From Eledone cirrhosa (Eukaryota), in contig OZ024743.1 of assembly GCA_964016885.1 (NCBI GenBank), positions 217,310,001 through 217,374,000 of the forward strand: a stretch of DNA of 64,000 bases, written 5' to 3'. The translations under genes and the position numbers were made by a program. The notes beneath the pieces are model-generated. The model had not been told where the DNA came from. It saw only the letters and a list, made by a program, of their open reading frames with translations, and did no database searches. This document shows positions 41,549-57,800 of this stretch, in pieces (position 1 is the first letter of the stretch; every line of letters begins with the position of its first letter).

Positions 41549-41584
<36 letters not shown>

Positions 41585-43979
41585 TATAATTACATATATA
41601 TATATATTATGTATGTAAATATGCTTATATAGATGTCTGTATATATATATTCGTATGTATGTGTGTGTCTGTGTGCAGTTGTGCATTTGAATATGGCAGT
41701 ATAGATATTCCCAATGGTCCCTATTAAGTAAACAATCTTCGACATTTTTCGATATGATCAACAAACTACAGCATAAGTTCAAATGAAAAGATAATAATCT
41801 GAAAAGTGTGCCATATGTTATCATCATTCATGCTCTCACGACAAATTCCAGCGTTTATTTATGTTTATTTATGTTAACCAACTGAACATACTGCTACATT
41901 TATTCTCTCCTTGTCTATCCTAACCCCAATGATCCATAGCGAATTCACCATTGATGTTTCGTTTGAAGTTTCGTCAACATTCACTTAGGTAGGTATAAAA
42001 ACAACACATACTGAGACGTAACTCAATATATTATGGGATTAAATGTTTCATCGTAATAAATAAAATCTTTATTTCGTGTTGAAATTCATCATGTCTCTTA
42101 TGTTAGTGTTGTAGCTGCAGGCAGTTCCGGTCTTTTTAAACCAATTAAATGCTTATTGTGTTGCGTAGACCAATATTATAATTTTATCTAACAACATCCT
42201 AGTACCTAGGTTTTGTTTCAGACATAATCTTGTTGTTTAACTGCTACTTCTAGAAGGTAGTACGTGGGTATATATTCCCTTATTGACGCGCCCATATCGA
42301 TATCGTTTCCATTTGTGTAGATGATACTATTGTAGATTTCAATAAAATGATTAAAGGGTGATCAGGTGTGATCATATAGATTTCAGCCTTGACAGTCCCG
42401 TCTTCTTTTTAGAACCTATTATCCAATATGTCAGTATAGAGGCATCCATGTTGGTTGCAATATAGCTAATTACTGTAATTCTCTTTGATGAGTCGCTCTA
42501 CAAATGTGTGTATGATCTCTGGGGTTTATTTTTTTTGCAGTTATACTCAATCGATTTAATGCCACGATTTCTCAATACTGGTAAATTTCACACATCCACA
42601 GAACCTCATAAGCAATTCAATGAATGTTTGCCCTATTTCTTCTCACAGATATAACATTACAATATCGTAATAATATTATATTACCATTATGCATTTAATA
42701 TAAAACTTAATGTGTGTTAAACATTGTAATTTGTCCGCCCCCGTTGCAATTCTCAGAGCCATTCCGGGAAAAGATTTGGTTAACTGTAAATCTTCTTGTT
42801 GCTAATAATAAATACGCTGCAGAGGTCATTGATATCTGCTAATTTTATACTATAATGTTATTAACAATTTGAAGCCATTTCATAATCATTTAAAAATGTA
42901 ATATTTAAAACGCTATTTGGAATATATATATAAGAATTGGGGAAGAGTTCTATTACAACTGTTAGGGTGTGGTTTTTGAGTTGACTGCTTATTCTATCAG
43001 ACCGTTAAGAATTTTTTTTTTTATTATTATTTAGAATAGTTGTTCCAATATAGTATGCTTTTACTCGATGCGAATGAAAGAGTAGTGTATATTTCTCTTG
43101 TTAATGGCATTAACATGAAACTGCACGAAGACGATTGTGTCATTATTTCGAATAGTGCGAACACATACGCAGCTCACAGTTTTTGGTAATAATTACTTAC
43201 AACATGCAAAAGTCTTGTATGTGAGGGGCAGCCGATGTGATGCGTGGGACTGTAAACTTCATTGACGTCACACTTCATTAGAAATCATATACGAAATTCA
43301 AGAAACCAAAAGGCAACCTAATGTATATCTTCATACAATCAAACGAATAAGCGAACTTCCGCAAGTTCTTCTAATATGCATCAGAAGGTTGTTAGTGCTT
43401 GATTCTCTGTAGAATCTACATATAACGGACTTGTTGTTTACTAAAACGAGGGAATATCATTTAGTCGTTGCGTAGAAATTAAATACTCACCAGTACCAGT
43501 TAGCAATAGTGGAAAAAAAAAACACGACGAAAATGGATTTATACGCGATGCCCGATCATTTAACTTTGCTCCACAAACAATGTTTATAAAATATTTCCTG
43601 TACGGCCAGACATTCACAAGCTATTCTACAAAACCATCATTAGTATGAGCTACATTTACGTGAAAATTTTCGCAAAAAGTTTTTCTGTTATGCCAGTAAT
43701 CACAGAGGCTGCTGTGAATGGGTTGAAACCGGGAAAAAAAAAATCAGTATTAAAATATGTTTTTACACAATGAATTGTTCCAGTTTGAACATATGCCTTA
43801 ATTTTTTGTTACGGACACGCAATAATTTTAATTTTATAATGTTTCTACATGTACAAAGAATAAAAGAAGCACACAAAAAAATATTTGTCGAAAGAAGAAA
43901 AGAAGAAACCTGTGATCAGCTTTTCCAAAGAATTTCAAAGCTGGAAATTCATTTAAAATCTCATGCTAAAAAAAGAGCA

Positions 43980-44500
<521 letters not shown>

Positions 44501-45662
44501 ATTTGTATGAAATGGGAGACAGCGATATCAAGTTAACACATTTCCATTTGCATACTCATCTGATAAGTGTTTCGCAAGGGAACACCACAATGCTGCATGT
44601 AGATGTGTAATTATTTTGCAGTTAGCGCTGTCTACACAAATGATGTGTGAAGTCTGCGTTCGTATTAGTATCTCATTATCATAGCGGGATTCTTGTACAA
44701 TCTAGGTTGACCTGACATTGCCAGTTTAGAATAAAGTTTACAACTACCTCAACCGTGGTTGTTGATTACAGTGCTACAACCATTCGTTCTGTGTTCGAAA
44801 ATTTCGAAAGTTTTGCTGTCACCCTAAAGATTAATTTTCACATGTACTAGTATATGACAGTCAACGGAATCATTTAGAAAGATTTCACACTTAAGCGATT
44901 CTTCTCAATAGTGTCTGTAGCAAATGGTTGTGGTGTTGGTTGTGGTTGTGGCGGTTATGTTGATTGACTCGGCACACACTCAACTTTTTCAACCCTCATA
45001 TATATGTTAGGATTATATCAGCGGTGGGACAATTGCAGCCCTCTACAGAGATGTGGACAATATATTGTGAATATTGTGGGGTTGGATGAATCAAATTAAT
45101 ATAATCATTTGTAATTTTAGAGCAAGGAGAAAGCAATTGCGTTATTGTTGAAAAGCAAGTGAAGATTTATATGATAGCCTATTTAACCCTGGATAAGTGT
45201 GTCCCCTTTTGGGAAATTTATAGTAAAATATTTTTACAGATTTTCAACATGTATTTTCTTATCAATCTTTGTAATGTATATCGACTATTTATCGTCCTTG
45301 TATCAAATATTGAACTGTTTGTTATTATTAATATCAGCATCAGCATCGTCGTGGTTGTTGGTATTTTTTATTTTTGGGATTCTTTCCTTTTATTTTCAAG
45401 TTGTTCATTATATTTTTCATATTAATAGATTATATTTTTTATTCTTCTTTATTGTTATTACCGATCTTCCGTTTTAGTCGACAGTAATCCCGCACTATTT
45501 CTTGTATTTCATGCCTCTACTGTTCCCAACGGCTTGGTCTCTTGTGAGCAATACAGTAAATTATTACTATTATTACGCTACTTGTAACATGTAATATCGT
45601 TACATGAAGGAAGTAATCCTCGAGGTAGAAACGTTATATATATATATATATATATATACACG

Positions 45663-45828
<166 letters not shown>

Positions 45829-46142
45829 GTGTGTATATATAGATTGTGCATAACATTTCTCTTTGAGTGTTTGCCTCTCCCTATCTCTCATTCTCTCTCA
45901 CCCTCACTTTCGCTCTGCATGTAATATGTCAGTTCTCTTCTCTCGTTGCTGCTTCTATAAATGCAGAGCAGAGAAAGATCGATGTGATTGGGTTAGAAAT
46001 ATTAGCTGTACTCAAGTGGAACGATGTTCAATTTCGTGTAGTTATCTTAAAAGAATCCTACATTAAAGACATTTCTTCTTGAAGTATTAGAAAAAGGTAG
46101 AAGAGATGATTTTTTTTTTCCGAAATATAATAGGATACAACA

Positions 46143-46209
<67 letters not shown>

Positions 46210-46224
46210 TCACCACCACCATCT

Positions 46225-46313
<89 letters not shown>
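46143..46313. repeat. (TAC)n-(TAA)n trinucleotide microsatellite
   Basis: Direct reading. Confidence 0.95.
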
Positions 46314-46316
<3 letters not shown>

Positions 46317-46776
46317 AAAACTAATACTATTATATATGTATGTGTGTGTGTGCGTGTGTTGTGTGTGTGTCGGTGTGTATGTTGTGTGGTATGATGTATA
46401 CGTTTTGAGGTTGATGGGGTACAATTTCCATTTAAATCGATATCGACGATTTTGAAATATTTCTATTTGTTGAGTTAGTTGTGATCTCAAAATGAATGAT
46501 AACCACAAAAATGACTATATGAATTAATGAATTAATGACGAACTGAATGAATAAGTGGAAAGAAAAAAGTGGTTGTGTGATTGAAATCATACTATTATAC
46601 GTTTAGATAAAAAGCAATGCAAAAGTCTTAATATTTAACAGTTGAAATGCAAAAAGCATTTTCGCTAACGTTTCCTAATGATAAAGAAATCATGAATAAT
46701 ATCCATGTATATCCTCATACCTATATGTCATGCACACACATGAATGCGTGAGCGTAATTATTATTATTATTTTTAG

Positions 46777-46962
46777 ACGGTGGATTGGCAGTATCGGTAG
46801 AGGGTCGGACGCCATGCTTTCCAGCATAGTTACGTCCCTTTACGATCTGAGTTCAAATCCCGCCGAGGTTGACTTTGCCTTTCATCCTTACGGGGTCGAT
46901 AAAATAAAGTACCATTAATGCAGTGGATAAGTGCTGGCCTTGTGCTAAAATTAGAAACAATT
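46777..46962 (+). mobile_element. SINE copy, full length
   Basis: A-box-like TGGCAGTATCGGTAG, B-box GAGTTCAAATCCC, core and tail. Confidence 0.9.
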
Positions 46963-47536
46963 ATTATTTTGATTTTTTTTCGACTTTTTACATACTTTGT
47001 TGTCGAAATCTCTTTTCCCAACCTAGTCGATATCATACAACACTCTCATCTATTCTTCGACAATGTTCCCGTTTGTACCAAACTTGTATATGTTCTCTCT
47101 TTGTTAACACTGGGTTCGTTCCATAATGCAGGCAATTGCATCTTCTTGTTTATACTAGCCACACTAAGTACAACATTTACTATATCGAATGTAGGATCAT
47201 ATCGAGATGGTGTATTGCGTTTTCCATTGCTATTTTGACCAGAGTATACGATGTTTGAAGAAATACTTCAGAGTAAAAATACCACAGTAGTATGATGTAA
47301 AGTAGGTTTGATCAAAGTTATGTCAACCATATATCAACCTTACACACACGAAGGGGAAATAATACAACTATAGCATCCTGTTATATCTAGCAAATATATG
47401 ATTATTAAAAAGCCGAAAATTGCGTGGAGCAGATTAGACTTCAATACATCTAAAATGAACGATTTGTTTATAATGGAAAACGCCAATCTTGAATAACATC
47501 AATAATATCGATATGTATTACAATAAAGATCATAAT

Positions 47537-47724
47537 TATTTCCACTGTTGGCACAAGGCCAGCAATTATCCCAGTGTATTACTGGTACTTTATTTTATCG
47601 ACCCCGTAAGGATGAAAGGCAAAGTTAACCTCGGCGGGATTTGAACTCAGACCTTAAGGGGTCGTAACTCCATGCTGCAAAGCATAGCGTCCGCCCCTCT
47701 ACCGATACTGCCAATCCACGGCCC
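47537..47724 (-). mobile_element. SINE copy with 18-bp TSD
   Basis: TSD tacaataaagatcataat at 47519-47536 and 47725-47742. Confidence 0.9.
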
Positions 47725-48600
47725 TACAATAAAGATCATAATATTACAAAATCTGCTCCAACAGCTGCCTGTTAACTATTTGGAAATGCACGCCAGCCTC
47801 CAATATAGTTAACTAACATTGATCTATTATGTGCTTTCTTTTTAATAATTGTGTTTCTTAATTATTTTTCCAAAATAAATGTAAGTACTGTTTTGCTACA
47901 ATTTCTATTTTAAGGCAGACAATTTTAAAGTGTGGGTGACTTACTCTCTAAATTTCTCTAAAATGCGAAATTAAAGTGTTTAGATGTGTCTATACTATCA
48001 TCCTCAGTTCGTATATTTAATAATTATAAACGTACGAAATCATATATATAGGTGATATCATATGGCCTCGGACATACTTCAAAGAAAATATTGTGTTAAA
48101 TGTTAATGTCCACATCCACAGCTTATTTAACAGTGAGGGTTTTCCTAGCATGTACTACAATACCAATATCTTTATAATTGATATTAAAAGGTAAAAGTCG
48201 ACAGTGTGACATTGTATAAATGTATACCCGTGATGATTATCGACAATTCTTGATTCTACTGACGCAATATTAAGACCTTCATAATCTTATTGCTAACATT
48301 GTCTAGAATCTTCATATTAACTATTTCTTCCTAGAAATTAGCTTGCTTGATTAACTACATTTACGCGTAGATGTAAAGTGAGCCTATCATGCTTAATCGT
48401 TCAAACACGCTAAGGATTTATCTAAACACACACCAGTCTATTTTTGAGTTTTTATATTGTCGGGTAACTCTCTCTATAGTATCTTATTTATTTTATACAT
48501 GTTTCTAATTCTGTTTAAATAAATTGTTTTATTAGATTTCTTAGATTCATTAATGTGATGTTTCAGCTCAGAGTGGAAGGCATTATCTTATATAAGGAAT

Positions 48601-48786
48601 GGCGATGGATTGGCAGTATCGGTAGAGGGTCGGACGCCATGCTTTCCAGCGTAGTTACGTCCCTTTACGATCTGAGTTCAAATCCCGCCGAGATTGACTT
48701 TGCCTTTCATCCTTACGGGGTCGATAAAAGAAAGTACCAGTAATGCACTTGGTAATTGCTGGCGTTGTGCCTAAAGTAGAAACAAG
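48601..48786 (+). mobile_element. SINE copy with 17-bp TSD
   Basis: TSD tatcttatataaggaat at 48584-48600 and 48787-48803. Confidence 0.9.
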
Positions 48787-49269
48787 TATCTTATATAAGG
48801 AATTTAATCTTCACTATTCTATGTTGGAGATCGAATATAAAGCATCCTAGAATGTTCAATCTCTTGTGGCATTTCCGTGATTTGTCTTCTAATGAACGAT
48901 TTTTCATCTTGGCGAATACAGATGTCGGATAATATATTTATTCTTAAAATACGTCTTATAATTTACATCATCCTTTGTAGACGTGCTATGCCTATGTGTA
49001 TAGTTCGGTCTAAGTGTGTGCTTTCGTCTATGTGTGTGCTTTGATGGGGGATTCGGTCTATCTGTATGGTTTTTATTTATTATCCATAGGATTGTGTGGC
49101 TATAGTTTTAGCTTTTACCTGTTTGGTTGTGTATGTATGTTTGTGAGTGCTTTCATGTTTGAGTGTATGTGTGTGCGCGCGGGTATTGTATATGTTTTTG
49201 TGCATGTGTGTCTTTGCTCATGTGTTTCGATTTCTGTTATGTACATATACATACACACATTATGTGCAT

Positions 49270-49441
49270 TTGGCAGTATTGGTAGAGGGTCAGACATGCT
49301 TTCCAGTGTAGTTACGTCCCTTTACGATCTGAGTTGAAATCCCGCCGAGGTTAACTTTGCCTTTCATCCTTACAGGGTCGATAAAATAAAGTACCAGTAA
49401 TACACTGGGTAATTGCTGGCCTTGTGACAAAAGTTGAAACA
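49270..49441 (+). mobile_element. SINE copy with 11-bp TSD
   Basis: TSD attatgtgcat at 49259-49269 and 49442-49452. Confidence 0.85.
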
Positions 49442-49509
49442 ATTATGTGCATATACATACACACAATCACAAATATGCACAAATAGACACACACATACAC
49501 ACACAAATC

Positions 49510-50230
49510 GTGTAATCGCCATCGTATTCTATCAGTCATTACCCACAAGATTCATAACCAAAGCTAAATGTTGACTCGAATACCGAATTGAATATAGTAT
49601 GTTTGGCTTTTACGCCTACCTCCATTCTTCTGATTAGTGAATGCAGAAGCTGGCGAATTACTGCACCATCTTTTGCAATTCTTGCACTTAATTCAGCCTC
49701 CTGGCTTCCATCACTCGCGAACACGGCCCCGGCATTGTTGAATATCTCTACCTGCATCAGTAGAACTCCATCGACATCTAGAGCGTAATGCGTAGATTCC
49801 CTTCAGTTTTCGAAGCACTGATTTTCCTTCCAGCCATGTAGCACTTGGCATCCAAATTATTTAGTGCAGGTCGGATATCAACTTCTATCGAGTTAAGTAA
49901 CACCATGTTGTCTGCAGATACCAATCGACATATTTTACACCCGCCAGTCATGATGCCCTTTCCAACCCGGCATCACATACCAATCCTGTTCATGTAAATA
50001 ATGAAGAGGACAGTTGACAGTATGCACTCTTTGTGGAGTCCGACTTCCACATTGAATAGTTTCGATTTAGCCCCATTTATCCGAACACAAATACTTGGGC
50101 ATTTGTATAGATACATTAGGGAAGAAAGAAGCTGGGCATCGATGCCATCATCCTGCAAAACATTCCAGGCTCGACAAAATAGGAATATACCTATTGGCAA
50201 TACTGCCACGATTTCTCGAAGACCGGTCGC
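49510..50230 (-). pseudogene. RTE-clade LINE RT fragment (disrupted)
   Basis: WNVL..GI...L...L..LY.....VRING..S..F.V..GL...C.LS..LF.IYM, LVSADN (FADD site), G.VF.SDG....E...RI, FGYESWVMT. Confidence 0.85.
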
Positions 50231-50234
50231 AGTG

Positions 50235-50273
<39 letters not shown>

Positions 50274-50334
50274 GTATGAATGGATGTATATAAATAAACA
50301 TAAATATATATATATGCATATATATATATGTGTG

Positions 50335-50403
<69 letters not shown>

Positions 50404-51402
50404 TTGTGTGTGTATAGATGTTTATATATATCCATTTACAATCGGACAGAATCTGTTAAATTTATTTCATACAAATAATTATTTCTAGGTGTCAGAATTT
50501 TCGTCCGTGATACAGTTCGTCTGCATTGACAATTTTGACACCAAGATATAAATGATAACTATATATTGAGTTAACAGTTTTCGTTCGTTTTGTAACTTTG
50601 AAAATGTGTAAAATGATTCTTCCCCATAATAACCGGTGTCAGATAAACTAATAGTTAAATGTTATGTAGCTGATACGTTTCTCTTCCATAAATGTTACAA
50701 CCTTACACATTACTCAGCTGCAAGGAGTGCTTATTCATTTAATGTTTAATTGTTTTAATCCTACTGGTAATTGAAAGCGTGTTTAATACATAAATAGAGG
50801 ACTATATCAATTAGAAAAGACGGTGAATTGGCAGAGTCTGAAGAACGTCGAAAAAATTCGTTTATGTCATTCGTTTCGGCTCTATGCTCTCCGAGTTCAA
50901 ATCACACAGAGGTCGACTATGCATTTCGAGACCTATAAGAAAAAGTACAAATCCATTACTGGGGTTGATCTTTCCTGTATATATCTTTCTCTCTTCCATT
51001 CTCTCTGTCACTATCTTTCTTTCTCTGGATGAAATCTGCTGTATTCAGGCTTAGACAGGAATGGACTCCGGCAGACTTAAAATACCCTGCGACGACACCA
51101 GGTGATACGGAACCTTAGGTTACGTTAAGTATAGCAACTATGTCGAAATATCTGACTGTTGCTAATGAAATGCGAGCTATTTATTCTAAATTCATACCTA
51201 TATGTTTATTATTCCTATATTATCTATGAATTTTATTGTACACGCGTGTATGTGTATATATTTGAGTTTTAGGTGTGGGTATTCTAATCAAACTTTCATA
51301 ATATTCAATTTCATTCGTTTGGAGTTTCCCATTCACCTATTCATATTCTGTATGACATGAAATTTGCTTTATTTCTTCCCTTTCATCCTTTCTATTTTAC
51401 AG

Positions 51403-51496
51403 ATTCTTCTGTAAGAAAAAGTCTTCAGGGAGTCCAAGTCATTTAACTGCCCTGAAACCTGCTGCAAACACCTTTTATTCAGGAAGACAATTTCAG
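51403..51496 (+). other. Candidate host exon
   Basis: Polypyrimidine tract plus ttttacag acceptor, CAG/gtaaag donor, open frame FFCKKKSSGSPSHLTALKPAANTFYSGRQFQ. No recognised homology. Confidence 0.3.
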
Positions 51497-51753
51497 GTAA
51501 AGAAAATTTTGTTTACAATATACACATGCATCATATATAATTATATAAAGATACGCACGCACACACACATACAAACACACACACACATATACATATATAT
51601 GTATTATATATATATATATGTATTTATATATGTGTGGGTATGTATGTCTTGGTGCTTATATGTTTCTATATGCATATGTATGTATATTTATATATACATT
51701 ATTATGAATTTATACTTAAACAGACACAAAAACACACCCTTTCACACTCTACG

Positions 51754-51809
<56 letters not shown>

Positions 51810-54800
51810 CGTGCGTGTGCGCGTGTGTGTGTGAGAGAGAGTGTGAGTGTATGTGTGTACATATTTATCGCTTACAATTTCATAAACGTGTGTCCCTCCT
51901 TTCGATTACACAATTTACTTGATTTGTACTTGACAAGTCTTTTCCATCCCTTTCTCTTGGGAATTAGTGTTTATTGACTTTTTTCTTATACTTCTTTTCA
52001 CTATCTTCAATTTTGTATTCTAGGTAGAGTTTTTATTTATTTTTACTTACTCTTTTACTTTCCATTGCTTCTCATTTTATTATTCTCTTATGCTTGAAGC
52101 TTAAATCATGAAATTGAAATTTCCATATGCTAATGGTCGGACAAATACAAATATGCATTTTTTCTTGTTTAGCTGTTATTTATTTTCTTCTCTTTATACA
52201 ATATTGCAATTTGCTTATTTCCAAAATTGATTCTGATGTCTTTACACTGTCCTAAAAGGTCTTAGTGGAATTAGGTTCACTCATTCCATTTTCCGTTCTA
52301 TTTTCTTCGTGTTTTTACTACTTTCTGTCTATCTGTTTGTATCGTTTGATCTCTTTTTTTTTCTTCATTCCTCACTCCTCTATATTTATAATTCTTTCAC
52401 AGTACACTATATTTGTTTCTTTTTTAAAAATCTAATCTCCTTATCTCTCACTCCCCTCCCCTCTCTCTCTCTCTCTCTCTCTCTCTATCCCCCACTACAC
52501 ACACACTTTCTCTCTTTCATTCTTCTATTTAGTATACATTCAAATCCTTTAGTATTTATTATATGCTTGTCTTATATTCACATAATACAAAGCCATTCAC
52601 GTAATCAAATCATTTTAACGTTCTTCTTAAAATAGAAATTATCGCAAGCATCAACCCATGTGTATTATAAACATGTGAAATAATCCAGCTACCTACGTTT
52701 ACAGGCAAAGTCTATTTCATATAAAATATAGAACCGGAATGTTATAACTATTAAGACATTTATATTGTAAACAGATACGAGATACGTGTTATTTAAAATA
52801 TGCAGTAGTTTCTAAATTTCTATTGCATTCTTAGCCTTTTCATTATTTCTAATTTCATTTTTCTTGTTATATTTTGTTTATTCCTGTTTTTATGAGTCTA
52901 AATTATTTAGTTGTAAGGAAAATCTATTTGTTGTAGAGTGCATATCTTGTATTGCGCATTACACTATGTATGTCAATTATTTTCCACTATGCTATAAAAG
53001 TTTTATTCCCCAAATCAGTTAAATAACTGTTTTATATACATCACGTTGTTTTGCAGAAATATATAGTAGCTTACATGTTTAGCTAGACATTGTTCTATAT
53101 TTTCTACTTAGTACCTATTATACTTCCATTCATAGACTTCCAGCCTTTATAGAAATATTCATTCCAAACCAGTATTTGATCGGCACTTTCGTGTTTCTAC
53201 CCCGGAATGATAAAAGCTAGGTTGATTGTGAAACAGTTAGACATGTTTTTTTCTCCACAATTCGAACAATTATGCCAATCCAGTGGTATTGCAAACAAAT
53301 CTCATTTTATGTGAAAGTAGTTCGGGCACTCAGTCAAAATCTTTCTTTGACTGAATTTTAATTTATTTACAGTCTTATAGTTTCATGTCAGTTCTGTTAT
53401 ACGTTGATGAATTCTCATTAGTGACAATTATTGCACCAATATAATGAATTATATAAGTATTTTAGTTAGCCCAGTTGAGAGGTTACTGGTCGAAACTCAG
53501 AATGCTACATGTTTTGTTACCATAACTTTTTTTCTTTCTATTCAAAAGACACTTCCTTTTGTATAATCAATCCTTGAATATGTAGAATTATAAAGTTTCG
53601 GTGTTAGTTTTTTTTTTGTTTTTTTTGAGAAATACCAACTTCACTTCAGCTTAAAGAGGGCACAGGGAAATCATTCGTGTCTCCTCCCCACTTAAATTGC
53701 ATTTTGAGAGATAAGACCTTATTTTTTTACGCAAAACCATCTGAGTTTAAATTTGACAACGTTAAATTGTGATAATATATGTTCAACATGATATTTCTGC
53801 TGACACATGTCCAAAAGTATAGTTTTAAAATATAATTTGACAATTAAATCTTTTAAGATCATGTTTAAAGCTATTAACTCTGTATAGTTATGTGTGAAAG
53901 GTTAAAAAGAATCATTACACAGAACTTCATAAGATTCATAGTCTTTTCTAGGGTCATATTGTATCAATGACATCGAGGCGTGTCAGTTGATCACAGGTAG
54001 CCGTGTATGATTGCTCGGTCCCAATGTTAACAGCGAGTTTAGCAAAGACTTGTAGAATTAAATACAAAACCTTACAAACGAATTTACCTGCAATAAAATT
54101 CCTCTAAATATATATGAGCGTGGGCATTTACCTTATACTTATAGAAATAACATCAAATAAACTTTGGGTTTATACCGCCACAACTAACGTAGGATCATAA
54201 TACTCAATATGCTGTTTGCTTAATGGAATCTACTGTTGGTCAACTTAACAGGGTGTAGTAAGGTTTTAATGTAACATTTCAAATGTGGCTTCTTCCTGTA
54301 AAAAAATAAGATTCGTGATAGAATTAAAAAGAAAGAATCCCGAAATGTTTCAGTTTCTATTTTATTAGTAATGTGATGGAGAAGAATTAAATATATTTGA
54401 CAAGTTTAATCTGCCATTAAACTATAAAACCATTATTAGCAGTAAAATTCGATTGACTTTATTATCATTTTCTCGCCAGGAAATATAAAACAGTATTTAG
54501 TTAATCTGTTGAATTAAAATATGTTTTTCCACCTCTTTTCCTTTGCTAAAAGCTATTAACAAATGTAGTAGCATTGACGCACTCAAGCTACAAACACATC
54601 AATTGCTTTAATAAACAATTGCATGTCATTTTCCCATTTTTAAGAAGAGCTACTACAAATACTTTTAAGAAAATAAGGTTTGATTTTTAAAAGATTTTAG
54701 TTATTTTTAGTATTATTAAAATCGTTTATGGCGATTAAAGCTATCACATATGATAGCATTAGTTTTCAATACTTTAAAGATTATGTATTAGATTCTTGTG

Positions 54801-57800
54801 TTTGGAGAAGAGTGTTAGTATTGTTTAAATATTAGAATTCATATCCGGGTTTTAACTTTTCTGAATTATCTGATATTTTAGTGAAGTCATATTTTACCAC
54901 AAAAATAGCGTGTTAACCGATTTTTGAAATAGTTTAATTTATTTGAAATTAGCATAACACTAACTGAAATGGATCTATGTAAAGCTTCAATGATATCATG
55001 GGGTTCGTGTATTATTCAATGCATTTCATTGATAAAGGAAATAGCAAACGATATATCAAAGCAAACGTTATCGTTATATTGGTTATCATTTTTTGTCTTA
55101 ATTTTTACACTTGGCATTTCACTCCGATAACCTTGTACATAGTGAAAATAGCTGAAGTCGTAATACATTAAACCATAAGTATATACAATTTAATGTTTCG
55201 AGGTTGAACCAGCATGAGAACAATTATCATGAAAGTGCCGCATTTGGCATTTGGCATTTGTTAAAACTAACGAGGTCTACATCTAAATTACCTACAAGAA
55301 TGTGAAACCTTCTAAATCCGCTAAACATGACAGAAGATGTAAACGGTTGCTTCATACATGTTTCTTAAATTCTAAAACAACGGAGAGTTTTATTTCAAAG
55401 ATATGTGAATAAAATCCTTGCAGTTGAGCAAAGAAGTGAAACATAAGAAGAGATGATACTGAGATGATGGAAGACATGGCATTACATGAGAGTAGTGATA
55501 TAAATATAAGATATATACTTCTTTGATTCTTGCTTTTACTTCTACTTCAACTTTGATTGAACAGGCTTATGATCAAATGATTTGCAAGCACAATAATCAC
55601 AGGAAACATTATAAATCTAACACGGCACTATTTAAGGTCTTTTTACACTTTTTTCAAGATGCGCCAGATTTGTCTACAATTTCTAGTCAAACTAACATAC
55701 ATGCATTTCCTCCCTTCATGGCTCGGCTAAACTTTCGCAGATCGAAATATAATAATTCAGATTTGTGTTATGATATCTCTTTTAATGTTTGGATGTAAGA
55801 TTGCACTCCAAAGCTTGGATTACATAAATTGTTTTAATAATTTGTGAAATGACATGAGGATTCATTTATTCATCTTGTAAGCAGCTATAATAGCATACTG
55901 AAGTTATTAGCATACCTTTCGTCCTTCTAAGGATCAACAAAATATGTTAATAAACTGTATCACTTCGCTAAAATTTACGGTCTTGTGATAATAATGTTAA
56001 ACAACATTATATATATATTTATATACCCATAATAAATATAATCATTATATACAATTTATTAAATATATATTCAATTTACATGAGGATAGATCTAAGTTTA
56101 ATTAATCAATTCATACTTTGGTAATATTGCTTAATGTATTTAAGTAAATTTTAACAAAATTAGCATGCATTATTAATTTAATAAACAATTCACAAAATAT
56201 CTAAGCATTTGTCGCAAAGAAATATGAATATAATAAACTTCTCTAAGTTAGATTGTTGCAGTAAATTTAAAATTGAAGTTAATTCCTTTATTCAAGAGGT
56301 TTAATAAGCTAATGATATGACACATACAAAACGTTATGGAAATTATAATTACAAGCATCAACTTGACAAATGTAATTTTCAACATACAAAAAAAATAGCC
56401 ATTTTAATTGTGATTTTTAACTTAGGCAGAAGGTCATGTATTTTGGATGTTTGGTGGGGAGATGGGGAATTTGTATGGTCGCGATTGCTTCATTGGTGTT
56501 TGTTTCTTTGATCTAAGAAGTGTGAAGGTGAACGTGGATCATCGTCAAATTTGAATTAATAAATTTAATTACCGTTACAGCATGCCAAAACCTAATTTTG
56601 CGAGGCTCTATCGATTCTATGTATTCTCTAAGCACTTTGAACATGAAGAGAAATGAGGTAAACATCAAGCATTTATAAATACCAGAATCATTGACCTGAC
56701 GATGAAGTTGCTGGTAGACCTATTTTCGGAAGTAAACAGTAGATTAAACGCTTAGAGGATTTAACACCAACACCTGGGTACAGGATGCCTTTAGTAGAAA
56801 TCATTATGACGGAAGAATTTGAACATAGTCTCCGGTTTGACGACTACTTCCTTCCTCCCGCTCACGTGTCTAGGAAAACCTGATAAGCCCGAGGGCATTG
56901 ACTATAAGATGAAAAGAGAAAATAATTTGTGATTAATATTTAATCTATGAAATGATTGAAATAAACATATTTATGGGATCGGATTGGATTTGTTTGCGAG
57001 GAAAATATTAATAGTATATAATACAACTATGTAAATTATAATAAATTTGATAATATTCACAAAAATTATAATTTATATGGATCTCAGTTGTTTCTTTGTT
57101 TTACTATTAATATAAGTGACATCATATAAAAATATACAATTCTAGAATTGTTTAGGCAAACTGCTGTTAATAGCATTATATACCTAACATTACAGCATGG
57201 AAAGTTTATTCATATTTCTAAAAATAGAGAATAAACACAGTTGAATATATTAAAACGCAATTTTTGTTTGAAAAGACATAGCTTTACAATGAAAAATTCA
57301 GCAGGAATATTGATTTTAATAATCAAGCCAGAAACCGGTCAATTAATTTAATAATATTTGATGGCCTGAAAGAGGTAAAATCAGTCTTGTATACTTCAAT
57401 AATGCTGCAATAAGATCTATAGAATTAGATTGAATGATATCTCGGAAAATAATATGCAACTCATGTCTGATAAAATACTATTAATAGTTTCCTGTCATTT
57501 GCTATAGCTTTGTTTGGTGCGATTGCTTCAATTATATATGAAATCATTGATTCGAACATGTCTCGACCTAGACGAACAGCAATAACCTTTAGATTATTAG
57601 AGAGTCGTAATAAATACATTCGTCTATGAACAATTTTAAAGGGCATATGTAGGTTGTAATCATCACAAAAAGAAGTTCAGGTGTCAGTAAATGGATTAAA
57701 TTTGAGTGTGAATAAGCCGTTATGGTCATGATTTCATTGCAGTGTTCCTGTCGGAGTTGTATGTATCAATTATTCTAATCGTTTCCTGGCCGCTTGTTGA

